NCBI GenBank assembly: GCA_002269645.1
Contig: NIVC01000042.1
Span: forward strand, 248,001 to 312,000
Reading direction: 5' to 3'
DNA: 64,000 nt
Origin: Macrostomum lignano
Taxonomy: Eukaryota
Positions within the stretch are counted from its first letter, which is position 1; each line of letters begins with the position of its first letter. This document shows, piece by piece, positions 10,224 through 22,753 of the stretch. Under the pieces are notes generated by a model, which did no database searches, was not told the DNA's origin, and saw only the letters and a program-made list of their open reading frames with translations. The translations under genes were made by a program, and so were the position numbers.

Positions 10224-13200
10224 ATGGCATCCGCCGCCACGGCATCAGGTGGACACCATCATCATCAGCAGCAGCACCAGCAGGGCAAGCCGTACCAAGC
10301 CTACAAGCTCATTACGGACCCGGCGCTGAACCAGGCGCACGCAGCCAAAATCTATCGCTACGATGGTCGCCTGCAGGCGCCGCCAGGCTATCACGGACCT
10401 CTGCCGTCTGTTGGCGCCGACGCAGCTGCGCCGCCCCGCGATCCGCGCCATCAGCATCACCACGGTGGCGGGGCCGGCTTCCGTCAGCGGGAGCCGGCTA
10501 ATCTGCCTCTGCCGAAGTTTAAATACGACGAGTATTATTTTGGCCGACCGTTGGACAAGGAGGTGACCTTTACTAATATTAATGACAATTTGAAGTCGCG
10601 CGATCTGGAAGATATGTGCCGACAATTCGGCGAAGTTGAAGAGGCCAAGGTGTACTTTCATCCGCAATCGAAGAAACACCTGGGCATTGGCCGGGTGCTG
10701 TTTACCGGCACCCGCGCGGCCAGGGAGTGCGTTGATCGCCTTGACGGAGTCAGCAAGCTGGGCAACCAGATGAAGGTGTTCCTAGACACCACTGGCCGGA
10801 TGAGGCGGAAGCTGATCCACGATCTGCTGCATCACAATGCCGATGATGCTAATAAGAAACTGTTGCAAGCCGCTGCCGGCGCTTCCGCCACCTCCGCCGC
10901 GCTTGGCGACTTCGACGCAGCTGCTGCCACCGGCGCCGGCGCGGCTGGCGGCAAAATCCATCAGACTCGACCAGCTGTTGGCGGCCACGTCTACGGCGGA
11001 GATCCCACGTCTGTGAATCTGAAAGACCGTCTGCAGAGATTGCTCGAGGGTGAGTGCTAGTTAATACTAGCTTTTCTAATCAGCTTGGATCTGTTTAAGG
11101 TCACGGAGGGGTCAGGATGGACCAGTTAAGGTCACGAAGGGGTCAGGATGGACCAGTTAAGGTCACGAAGGGGTCAGGATGGACCAGTTAAGGTCACGAA
11201 GGGGTCAGGATGGACCAGTTAGGGTCACGGAGGGGTCAGGATGGACGAGTTAGGGTCACGGAGGGGTCAAGACAAGATAGACCAGTTAGGTTCACGGAGG
11301 GTCAAGATGGACGAGTTAGGGTCACGGAGGGGTCAGGATGGACGAGTTAGGGTCACGGAGGGGTCAAGACAAGATAGACCAGTTAGGTTCACGGAGGGTC
11401 AAGATGGACCAGTTAGGGTCACGGAGGGGTCAGGATGGACCAGTTAGGGTCACGGAGGGTCAGGATGGACCAGTTAGGGTCACGGAGGGTCAGGATAAAC
11501 CAGTGAAGGTCACGGAGGGTCAAGACAAGATGGACCAGTTAGAGTCACGGAGGGTCAGGATGGACCAGTTAGGGTCTCGGAGGGTCAGGATGTACCAGTT
11601 GAGGCCACCTGCTGTAATTTGATGATAGAAGGTGAAAATTAATTAAGTTGACCAAAGCGTCGTATTTGCAAGCCTACTTCCACCCGCAATCTTTTATGCA
11701 GGCACCTCAATAGCCAATTCCGATCCGAGCTCGCAAGCGGCCCAGCTGGCCATGGCCGTGAAAGTGCCGCTCCTGCCCGCGCCGCCGATGCCGCCAGATG
11801 CGGCTGCTGCTCCTCAACAGCCTCCTCCGCCGCCACCGCCGCCGCCGCCGCCCCCACCCCCACCGCCGCCTCCGCCGCCGCCCCCAGCTCCAGCGGTGGA
11901 AGTTGAGCCTCCAGACACCAGCGTGCCAAGCCTGTCGCCTAGCAACGCTGAGCAGGTGAGCCGGCGCGTCTTAGAAGGCGTCCTGAACGATCTGCGCGAA
12001 GTACTATTCAAAGATTTGACTAAACGAGCGATCGAGAATCACGCCTATCAGCAGTTCGAGCAGTGGTGGAGCCGGCACTCCGAGTCCGATGGCTCTAAGC
12101 CGCTCTTTAATCCGCAGCAAATCGCTAGCAAGCTGGACCAGTTCGAGCCGTCTGTTGGCCAATCATCAGTCATTGATTCGTCCTCTATGCCGCCCGTTGA
12201 TAATGACGTTGCTAAGGACGCTGAATCGGTTGACAGCGCAGCGGCGCCGGCCAGTACCACAGGCGCAACCGCTGTGGCAGCCACAGCCGGCGAGGATCTG
12301 CTGTCTTCTGCAGCATCAGCAACAACAGCAGCAGCAGCAGCAGCGTCTGGCGGGCAGTTTAGCTCAATCTCGAACCTGTTCTCCCTCACCGGATTCTCTT
12401 TCGGTCGAGGCGGCCTGCGAGCTAATTTGCCAAAAATCCAACGCCGACAAAAGCCGCAGTCTGCGCAGCAGCAGCAGCAGAATCAGCAGCATCAGTCTGG
12501 GCAGAAGCAGCAGAAATCCGATGCCGGGGACGCCGCATCGGTGAAATCCGACCGGGACAGCGGCGCTCGATTGGTCAAGTCCGAATCGCGCGACCAAGAC
12601 AGTCGGCAACATCGCCAACAGCGAGACAGCAAGCGCGGGCATCATCGGTCGCGTCGGGACAGTCGCCGCTCCGATGATCTTGGCGGCGTCGATTTGAAAA
12701 AGAAGTCCTTGTCTGGCTCGGATGAGGACTCCAAGTCTCCGAGCCCCGAGCCGGCTGCTCCCGCTGCTCGGGCGTCGTCTGTCTCCTCGTCGAGCTCCTC
12801 CTCCTCCTCGTCCTTGTCCTCCTCGCCGGCCCACTCGGACACCGAGGACGCCAAGACGCCGCTATCCACCAAGCCAGCCGCCCCATCCGGCCGCGTGGCC
12901 ACGAAGATCCGCGCCAAAACCCGGGAAGCGCCGCCGCAGACGCCGGTCCCGTCGCTGGCTCAGCGGGGCGGTCGTCGCGGCGGTCGCCGTACAAAATTGT
13001 CGGCAGCGCCGAGCCACCGGGCCAAGCAGAAACGCGGCCCGGCCAAGGTCATTGGCCAGCCGGTTAGTGGCGACGAGGCCGAAGATGACAGCACCGTCGA
13101 CAGCGCGGCCGCGTCGGTGAAGGTCAAGACTGAGCCGTCCGACAGCGAGTCGGGAATGTCTACAGATTCGGAAGCTGAGGACGATGGTAAGGCTGCCGCT

Positions 13201-16200
13201 GTCGCCTCCGCAATGGATGATGATGACGACGAAAGCGACGAGGCCAGCGAATTCCAAGGCGACAGCGACAGCGATGAAGAAAGCGAAGATGAAGACGATG
13301 ATGACGAAGTCGAGGACACCGACGATGCGTCAGAGGCTAGCGACGCCGGGGAAGCTTTTAATGATGCGTCGAAAACAAAGGCGGCAGTGGCGGCGGCTCC
13401 GTCACGTCCTGCTCCGACCGGCAGCAGTCGGCGAAAGTCTGCGCTTGTCCCGCTGGTGTCCTCGCCTCCGCCTGCAGCCGCTGTGCTGCCGTCGTCGCGT
13501 AAGCGACCGCCAATTGCGTCGCCGCCGCCTCAGCAGATTCCGGAGCAGCCGAAGACGCCGCCACCGCCGCCGTCTGACACGCATCCGCACCTTCCCGCTG
13601 GCGATGTGGATCTTGGCAAGCGAGAGCCCGGCCCGCTAGGCAATCTAGCGTCTGTGCCGCCCGAGGCTTCTGTCGCGCCCGATCCTGCACTGTGGCCTTC
13701 GCAGCTGGTGTCCGAGCACAACTACTGCTATTATCACAGGCCGCCTCCGCCTTCGCCAATGCCCGCCAACAAGCGCAAGCCGTCGCTGACCTCGGCCGCC
13801 GGAGTGCGCGAACTGGTCGGCCTGTTCCCGGCTGGTCCGCCGCCAGCTAAACGGCAGCGACCGCAGTTCTTGCCGGATGCGGACACCTACGATTCCGTGT
13901 TGCTGCCTCCGCCGCCGCCGCCGCCGCCTCCTCCGCAATTCGAGCAGCGCTCTCCCGAAGCTGAAACAGCGCTGAACGAGCGCATCCTAGCCGGCGTAAT
14001 GTCCGCCGAGGAGCACGAGATGCTCAAACAGGCGTTTGATTTGCTAGTAGCCGAAGGCGGCCTGCCCTGCGCAGTTGAGACCCACTGGACCGACCATCCG
14101 CCAGTTGGTCAGCCGGCGCGCGAGACCGGTCCGCGCGAGCCGCATTCGACTGGCTGCGCCAGGTCGGAGGGCTTCTACAAGCTGACTGGCAAGCAGAAGG
14201 AGCGCTCCGCTCTGGCGCTGGCGGCGGCCATTAACGCAGAAGCCGGACAGGCTGATGAAGCCGAGGCCGAGCAGGAGGAGCGAAAAGCCAAGCTGTCCCT
14301 GACTAGGGAGGCCAGGTCTATGCAGCGCAGAATTCTGGCCGAGTTTGCCGATATCGAAATTGGTGGGTTGCTGGTGGGAAGAGGGATTCAAATCCCAAAT
14401 GTTCCACTTGCTAGATTGGGAATCCTTTGTGCTCTAACGCTAGCTGTGGATGGAAAATCCCCACATGCGGCGCTACTTGGATCGGGAATCCCCCGTCCGA
14501 AATTATCTACAGATCATGAAAACCTCATGAAACCCTCATACTGTAGCAAATGGGCTTTTCCCACCTGTAACCTGAAGACTAGATAGGAAATCTCACATGT
14601 AACCTGAAGACTAGATAGGAAATCTCACATGTAACCTGAAGACTAGATAGGAAATCTCACATGTAACCTGAAGACTAGATAGGAAATCTCACATGTAACC
14701 TGAAGACTAGATAGGAAATCTCGCATGTAACCTGAAGACTAGATAGGAAATCTCACATGTAACCTCTAGATGGGAAATCCCGCCTGTAGCCTGAAGACTA
14801 GATGGGAAACCCACCAGTACCTATGGACTAGATGGGAAATCCCACCTATAAACAAGTCCTAGGACTGTATCAGTTAGTGCTATATGTCTAAAAAACATTT
14901 GATTTTTTCCTCACAGGCGACCTATTAAAGTTCAACCAATTGAAGTTTCGCAAGAAGAAGCTGAAATTCGATCGTTCCGGCATTCACTCTTGGGGCCTGT
15001 TCGCCCTGGAGACCATCGCCCAGGATGAGATGGTGGTTGAGTACACTGGCCAGATTATCAGGCGCTCCATAGCCGAGACTCGCGAGCAGGCCTACGAACG
15101 GGCCGGCATAGGCAGCAGCTATCTGTTTCGCATTGACGATGCTTTTGTCATTGACGCAACCAAATGCGGCAATAACGCCAGGTTTATCAATCACAGCTGT
15201 TCGGTGAGTCTGCATTCTGTTGCTCAATAGCTCTCAAGACACTGAGAGCTCCTTTTACGGTCATCCAAGACATAGATAGTCTCACTCAGGTCAATGAGTG
15301 TTTGCGAAAGCCGCTTAAGGTTGTTTAGTGCGCTAATAACTCATTCACGACCGTTCAAGACACGGAAGATTTCTTTAAGGTCGTTCAAGGCATTAAGAAT
15401 CCCTTCAAAGCCATTCAAACTCGGAGAATCCCTTTAAGGTCATCCAAAACACTAAAAACCCCCTCTAAGGTCATTTAAGACTATCCCTTCAAGGTCATGT
15501 AAGACTCTATCCTTCAAGGTGATTTTTAAGACTCTATCCCTTCACTGTCATTTAAGGCTGTATCCCTTCAAGGTCATTTAAGACTATCCCTCAAAGGTCA
15601 TTTAAGACTATCCCTCCAAGGTCATTTAAGACTATCCCTCCAAGGTCATTTAAGACTATCCCTCCAAGGTCATTTAAGACTATCCCTCCAAGGTCATTTA
15701 AGACTATCCCTCCAAGGTCATTTAATACTATCCCTCCAAGGTCATTTAAGACTATCCCTCCAAGGTCATTTAAGACTATCCCTCCAAGATCATTTAAGAC
15801 TATCCCTCCAAGGTCATTTAAGACTATCCCTCCAAGGTCATTTAAGACTATCCCTCCAAGGTCATTTAAGACTATCCCTCCAAGGTCATTTAAGACTATC
15901 CCTCCAAGGTCATTTAAGACTATCCCTCCAAGGTCATTTAGGACTCTATCCCTTCAAGGTCAACCAAGTCACTGATAACCAATTCAATGTCATATAAGGC
16001 AAACCCACAGCTTAGTCACAATAAAAGAAGTTCCTCAAGGTCACACGGAAAAATCCCAATGCCGCATAATTTCCCGCAGCCGAACTGCTACGCCAAGGTG
16101 ATCACAGTGGAAGGTGAGAAAAAGATTGTCATCTACTCTAAACGCGAAATCCGCCGCAACGAGGAAATCACCTACGACTACAAATTCCCCTACGAGGAGG

Positions 16201-16253
16201 AAAAAATTATCTGCCTATGCGGCACAGCCAGCTGCCGCGGTACGCTTAACTAG
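10224..16253 (+). CDS. SETD1: Histone H3K4 methyltransferase Set1/SETD1. Exons 10224-11049, 11702-14362, 14917-15203, 16080-16253
   Basis: N-terminal [22 protein letters not shown] motif [28 protein letters not shown] ([25 protein letters not shown]), post-[16 protein letters not shown]; splice phases consistent. Confidence 0.97.
11095..11600. repeat. Intronic minisatellite, ~30-bp unit GGTCACGGAGGGGTCAGGATGGACCAGTTA (SETD1 intron 1)
   Basis: Tandem array. Confidence 0.93.
14566..14830. repeat. Intronic minisatellite, 32-bp unit ACCTGAAGACTAGATAGGAAATCTCACATGTA (SETD1 intron 2)
   Basis: Tandem array. Confidence 0.93.
15460..15960. repeat. Intronic minisatellite, 24-bp unit AAGGTCATTTAAGACTATCCCTCC (SETD1 intron 3)
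   Basis: Tandem array. Confidence 0.95.
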
Positions 16254-17696
16254 TCAGTAGTGTGATTTGCGCGCGACCGTTAAAATTTAATATTTTTCTC
16301 TAAAAATATCACTCTTCACTAATAGAATATTTGTATGAATCAAATGAATCAAATGAAATGAATTGTAAAATAATGTCAATTTGCAGGCAGCTTCTCTATC
16401 TTTACTACTAACTCAGTAACTATAGGCGTGTATATATTCGTACATATATCCATTTACATGTCGCCCTCAACTCCCTTATTAATAATGGTGATCTGTAGCA
16501 ACAGAGCTTTTTTTCTAATGCCTGTAATCAAAACTGTTTTGTTAAATCAGTAAAATATATCTATATTTTAAATCCGTGACACCTGCCTGCAGGTGTTAAC
16601 CTTTCAATGCCAGTTTTCATTAATTTGAATAATAATATTGTTTATTTTTTAATTCCGTCAATCAAAATTTCGCCACACATGCATACCCTTATATAGGTTT
16701 TATTTCAACAGCTAAACCTTTCAAATCAGGACCCTGTCTCTCCTTTGAGTGCTAGTAAAAATACAGTTAGCAACCATTATGCCTGTGCATATGTTCTGTT
16801 TCTAAAATAATGCTAATTTGTCATTTATGATGTCATTTATTCTTTTCTGTGTCTTCTAGCTTTGGTTCAAATCGCAATTTTGCATACTAGTGTGTTAGTG
16901 AGATCTGATACAATTAACTTAATATATTTGTTTCAAATAAATATTATATCTTTATGAACTCATTGTGCCCAACTTGTTTCCTACATACGACTTGCAGGAT
17001 TGTTTTTTGTTTTTGTATTCTTAACTCATATGTTTACCATAAATTTCTGTCAATGTTTTTTATTGAAATTAGTTTGGCTAAGTGCGTTAGTATTAACTTG
17101 CGTAAGTACTTCACCCTCTCTTTGTCACTCTTCAATGCCATTCACTCTGTAGAAGTCACCCTCTCTCCTCTCTCTCTGTCACTCTTCAGTGCCATTCACT
17201 CTGTAGAAGTCACCCTCTCTCTCTCTCTGTCACTCTTCAGTGCCATTAACCTCTCTAATGTTACTACTTAGACTTGGTACACGGTATAAGCTACATGTAC
17301 GCACTACTTACTAAGTAGCTGGATTCAGTACAAAGAAGTTACGTGTGTAATATAAGCCATAGGCTGTATATTGCTTGTCAGTTGAAGTGCAATAGAGAAA
17401 AAAGCGAGATAAGATTTCAAATAGCATGTACAAGGTTCATCAGGGGTATAGCAATTCACCTGTTGCGACACCCGAGATAATAAGTCTTCTCGTATTTGTC
17501 CGCGCACGCGCTGTGCATTTTGTACGGTTGGCACGCAGTGTATAATATATGCCACCCTGTCGTAGCAGTGAGAGGGTTTGTCAAAGAAAATCATTGCTGA
17601 TCGAGCCTGTTGAAACTAGACCTGCTTCAGGTAAGTTTTGCCACTTTCTCTGCTTATTTTTTTAACTGAGCAAGACCAAATTTGAGATATAGATTC

Positions 17697-18016
17697 ATTT
17701 GAGTGAGAGACGCCATTTTATCTGAGTGAGAGGCGCCATTTCATTTGAGTGAGGGGCGCCATTTCATCTGAGTGAAGAGGGCGCCATTTCATTTGAGTGA
17801 GAGGCGCCATTTCATTTGAGTGAGGGGCGCTATTTTATTTGAGTGAGGGGCGCTATTTTATCTGAGTGAAGAGGACGCCATTTCATTTGAGTGAGAGGCG
17901 CCATTTCATTTGAGTGAGGGGCGCTATTTTATTTGAGTGAGGGGCGCTATTTTATTTGAGTGAGGGGCACCATTTCATCTAAGTGAGGGGCGCCATTTTA
18001 TCTGAGTGAGGGGCGC
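17697..18016. repeat. Minisatellite, ~23-bp unit TGAGTGAGGGGCGCCATTTCATT
   Basis: Tandem array. Confidence 0.92.
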
Positions 18017-18270
18017 CATAGTAGTTTCATCTGAGGGTGTTGCCAGTAACCAGGAAGCGCCAAGAAGCACAATACAGTATATGCTTTTGCCAGCCAATTG
18101 AGGGGGGTCGCGAGCCTCTTGTCCCCTCGGCTACGCTCCTGTTCCTCAGTTTAAAATTATTTTTAAAAACACTATTGCTGCAGTATTCGAACTGCACAAT
18201 ACTATCGCATCTATTAAAATATTCGCTAATAAAAATTGCTATTAACACTCACAGAGGCATCGCCCGCACA

Positions 18271-18642
18271 ATGTCTTCATCCGACACCAACCAGTCCTCC
18301 GGCGCGATCTACCATCACGTGTCTCCCACGGTCACTCTGGTCTACCGGGTGGTCTCAGGCCTCGCACTGCTATTCGCTCTGTCCAGCATCCTCATCACCC
18401 TCATCCAGGGCGGGGTGGTGTCGGCCAGCTTCTTCCTGCTCACCCTGAACCTGCTGCTCAGCTGCAGCCTGATTGGCCAGCTGTGGTGGTGGCACCGGAC
18501 CGGCGACCTGTCCGAAGATCGAATCTACGTGGTGTTCGCCGCCATGGGCATCCTGGCCTTCCAGTGCCTGACCACCATCATCTGGGTGTTCAACTACCAG
18601 CTGAGCCAGGCGGAGCTGATCCCGGCACCGTGCCGCCTGTGA
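18271..18642 (+). CDS. TMEM243: Small multi-pass membrane protein, TMEM243 (DUF2678)-like
   Basis: Three hydrophobic segments and a WWHRTGDL motif matching the recalled YWYRQGDL family motif; CAG acceptor at 18254 upstream of the ATG. Confidence 0.6.
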   Translation: MSSSDTNQSSGAIYHHVSPTVTLVYRVVSGLALLFALSSILITLIQGGVVSASFFLLTLNLLLSCSLIGQLWWWHRTGDLSEDRIYVVFAAMGILAFQCLTTIIWVFNYQLSQAELIPAPCRL

Positions 18643-19639
18643 CTGTGCACACCGCCCTGCCGAATAGCACCGGCTTCACCGTCACTCCCGTCACCGTCAC
18701 TGTGCAGTCGTGATGCGAAACTTTTCTAGATATAACTGCAAGGACTGTCTGTTAAGACAGTAATTGCTTGTGTACAACTGTTTACTACCGCATTAAAATC
18801 GCTTAAATTAAACTCAGCTTAAAGGAGCATCTTTAAATGCTTTAGCTGAGTGTTAAATAGCTTCTCTATGTCATTCCGTTGCTGGGTTGTGGCTCATTAA
18901 GTGATTTATTACCATTTATTACCATTACCATTTATGACTTATTACTCCCACTTATTTATACCATAGACAAATCTCTCTCTTAATATGACTTTTAATAAGA
19001 GGTAAATCGCAAGTCACCTTCTTGGACCTCGTCACTTAGTGAGCCATAACTCAGCAGCCGAATGACCTGGAGAAGCTTTTGAACACTACTCAACTGAAGC
19101 ATTGAATTTTGCCCGTCTTGAAGCTGAATTTTAATTTCAGCGATTTCTATGCGGTAGTAAAAAGTTATGCGCAATGATCGCTATCTCAACGAACAGCCCT
19201 TGTATAAACGTATAGTCTTTAAATTGATTTGGAACTATTTATACTAATTCAATAGCTTGTAGCTGATGGTGTAAAATATTTAACAGTATGAGAGCAGGGG
19301 GCAGAGCCGAAGTGCCCGGGTTGGAGTCCTGGAAGGAAAAGTTTTGCCACAGGCTTGTGCGATTGCACTATAGGTGGGCATGCCTCCATGCGTGTGCTCA
19401 TAGCTCAGCTGCCGGTGCTGGCAGAGTCTTCACCAGCTCCTCCTATGGAGCAAGAAATAATTATTTGCTAAACACCCTTTGGCTACTAAAAATCTTTCAC
19501 TTTGTCCACCTACATGTATAAACCATTAACCGATGGCTACGCCCCTTGACAGTTAACTGTATGAGTCAATGCTCAAGGTGCTTGAGCGACTGTTGTAAGA
19601 TAAGGCCATTATACTGTATGCAAGTGCGTATTTGATCAC

Positions 19640-20005
19640 TAATCACTGATCTCTATCACTGATCTCTGTCACTGATCTCTGTCAGTGATCTCTGTCACTA
19701 ATCTCTGCCACTGATCTCTATCACTGATCTGTCACTGATCTCTATCAGTGATCTCTATCACTGATCTGTCACTGATCTGTCACTGATCTCTATCACTGAT
19801 CTGTCACTGATCTCTATCAGTGATCTCTTTCACTGATCTCTGTCACTGATCTGTCACTGATCTCTGTCACTGATTTCTCTCACTGATCTCTATCAGTGAT
19901 CTCTGTTTCTGATCTTTATCACTGATCACTGTAACTGATCTCTGTTACTGATCTCTGTTACTGATCTCTGTCACTTATTTCAATCACTGAACTCTCTATC
20001 ACTAA
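19640..20005. repeat. Minisatellite, 11/13-bp unit CACTGATCT(CT)(G/A)T
   Basis: Tandem array. Confidence 0.92.
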
Positions 20006-20759
20006 ATCATATAGAAAGTTAGTTTTAGTTATGTTTTTACAATATATGTAAGGGTTTTGTAAAGCGGCAATGGTCCTGTGCTGCAGATCCTGTTGCTCAG
20101 TAGTTTATAATAATTTTAAATAGTTTATAATAATAGTAGTTTATAATAATTTTATAATAATTTTAATAGTTTACAATAATTTAAATAGGATCCGCCTCCT
20201 CGCTGCATCCGCCGGACGCCCCCTGCAGCGCTAAGTCAAGCCAAGTCAAGTTTATACTTCTTTATACTAGAAGTACTTTATACTAGAAGTAATAACCAGT
20301 ATAATAATTATAATATATACTGGTTTAGCAATGTAAAAGTTGGAGATGTTGGCGTTGATATTAAATAACTTTATCAAAAATACATTTACAGTTATATCTG
20401 ATCAAAAAAGTAAATTTTCTTTTACAATATTTTGTCTCGTCATAATGGATAAATAATTATTAAAGTACCCACAAAACAACTACGAAACCTGAATGTACAT
20501 GTACAAAACCCTAATGTGGCGTTTGTAGATGTGCATGTAAATTCCAACTGAAATAATTACTCGTATTTTACCATTTATTTCAAAATTAAATGCAGGAGAG
20601 ACATATACTTCGATTTTCGATCCCTCGCTCCATTTCGCCCGCAAACACCACCACGTATACATTCATTTTCCAGGCTTAGGAACGAAAATTGGCCAGAGGG
20701 TTTGCCGTGCGATTCACACCAATTTGGGCCAAAAACCCCCCAAGATACAGAGTGTACTT

Positions 20760-20965
20760 GCCTGACAGTTAAGGGCTGTTGTACACGTACCCTGTGTTGA
20801 GCGTGCAGTACATTGCATGAGTGGATGCATGCCTGCTTACAGTATTGGCGCGCTTGTATGTGCTCGGGTGTCACTATAAAAGGCAGAAAAATGCCTCAGC
20901 GCTGGTTGTGGGATGATGTTGCCAAAGGCGTTGCGCCAGAGTTCCCACAGCCCTAGCTCCTGTGA
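20760..20965 (+). mobile_element. Dispersed repeat copy (same family as 2470-2690)
   Basis: GGCGCGCTTGTATGTGCTC...CAGCGCTGGTTGTGGGATGATGTTGCCAAAGGCGTTGCGCCAGAGTTCCCACAGCCCT. Confidence 0.55.
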
Positions 20966-22753
20966 ATATGAAATTTGATATAGATGTCATGTATGAATCA
21001 TGCAATGTACATGTAATTTGCGCAGACTCATCATCCCTGCTCTGCCTCGATCACTCGGTAAATAGTTTCCTAGCTCGCATACATCAGTTATTCTCATCAG
21101 TCATAGTTTTAGGGTTGCAGAATACTTCTTTATTCAACAACATTCAGTCTTCAGTTTCTACATTTATGTGATTTTTGAAAGGACGTTCGGACATTGCCTC
21201 GGACAGAAACTGCAAAGGTACTCGTCGGTGGATCACGCCAAGGTTTATGTGACAGGCACTGTGCGGATGTATTTTAGCAAACGAAAAACAAATTTAAACA
21301 AACATATAAAAAGCTATGCATTTTTTAGCTAAAACTCTCGAGTTCGCATAAAAAATGGAATTTTAAAAGCAAAAAAGACAGTCAGTTATCTTTGTTACAA
21401 AGTGTTTGATGTATGCTAGTGTTTTGGTTACTATTTTTGGCAACAACTTGCATTCCATTGCCTTTCCTTGCTTATTTTAAACATTGTACTTAAAAATCTT
21501 AAATACGATTAGGAAATAGGTCTATAAAGTAGCAATTCGAATTCCATCTGTTGGACTGGTTGCGTACTCAATAAACTCAGAATCAATTATTAAATACATA
21601 GACAATTTTTCTGGCTTACTTGAATTTCGCCTATAATTGTGTTGTGTCTGACTGCTTGTGCTTAATAATGACAATGTATTGACTTAGGTCTTAAAGTTAA
21701 TGTTTTATAGATGTTTTATACAGAAATATAAAGTTGACATATTTTGTTATATTCGTATTTTTTTAACCCACTTTGTGTAATAATTTCTAAATAGCCCCTA
21801 AGTATGCTGTGACTTTAATTATTTTTATATCGTTGTCAAAAGATGCAAATTGTCTTTGTGTTTGACTTTGTCTTTAGTAATAGTAGTTAGTTAAGTTCTC
21901 TTATGTTTTAGCTAGGCCTATACATAAAGAACTAAAACTTAACTTTTATACATAGAATTTAAAAAAGCAATCAGGTTAGGTGCAAGGTGCATAGCAAGAA
22001 ATTTTCTTTGGGAGGATAGGGCCAGATAGGCCACTCCTTGGGAGGGAAATTTTCTTTCAAGAGGGGGGGTGGGATGCCCCTAAGGAGAAAAACAGACTTC
22101 AAACAGACTGTTTTTGGCTGTTCAAAAGGGTTACACCCCCTAGATCCTCCCCTTTCCTATTCCCTTAAAACTATAAAAGTAATGTTTTCTTTATGTTTTT
22201 TGTTCATATTATGGCTATAAGTATATCTTTTATTTGGTTTGTTTACTAAGATAGATACTTGCTCAGTGGCATAACCAGGGGGAGGGGGCAGTTGTCCTCC
22301 CTTAGGTAGAAATCAAGAAAAAAGCATAGGGAACCAAGTGAATCTTACCAAAATATAGAGCTACCCCTCTAACCCCCTCTTTGGGTCTTAACCCTCCAGA
22401 ATCCATCTACCTTAACAAATATATGGTTGTGCTACTGTTCCTACCTCAAGTCTATCATAATTTTTATGTAGGACCATTGGTTCATTGTGATATAATACTT
22501 TATAGTAGCTATTCTTTTTGGATTTAAATAATAAATATTTTAAAATTAAAGTTATTAGATAATTTTAGTATAGCTTCTTAGCAAAAAGAAATATTTAATA
22601 TTATTTTTTAGTTAGCTATTGCAGTATTAGTAGCTAGCTAGGACCTAAATTGAGACAAGTGAATCAGCTATCATTTCTTGGAATTATAAATCATTTCATA
22701 CTACCAAATATTTATATAGTATTCAAAACTTATAAATTTCTTCTGCTACAAGC

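Noticed and set aside
11639-14391. Many antisense and alternate-frame ORFs over SETD1 (and similarly over DLK, RIC-3 and Gypsy)
   Set aside because: Shadow ORFs of GC-rich coding exons
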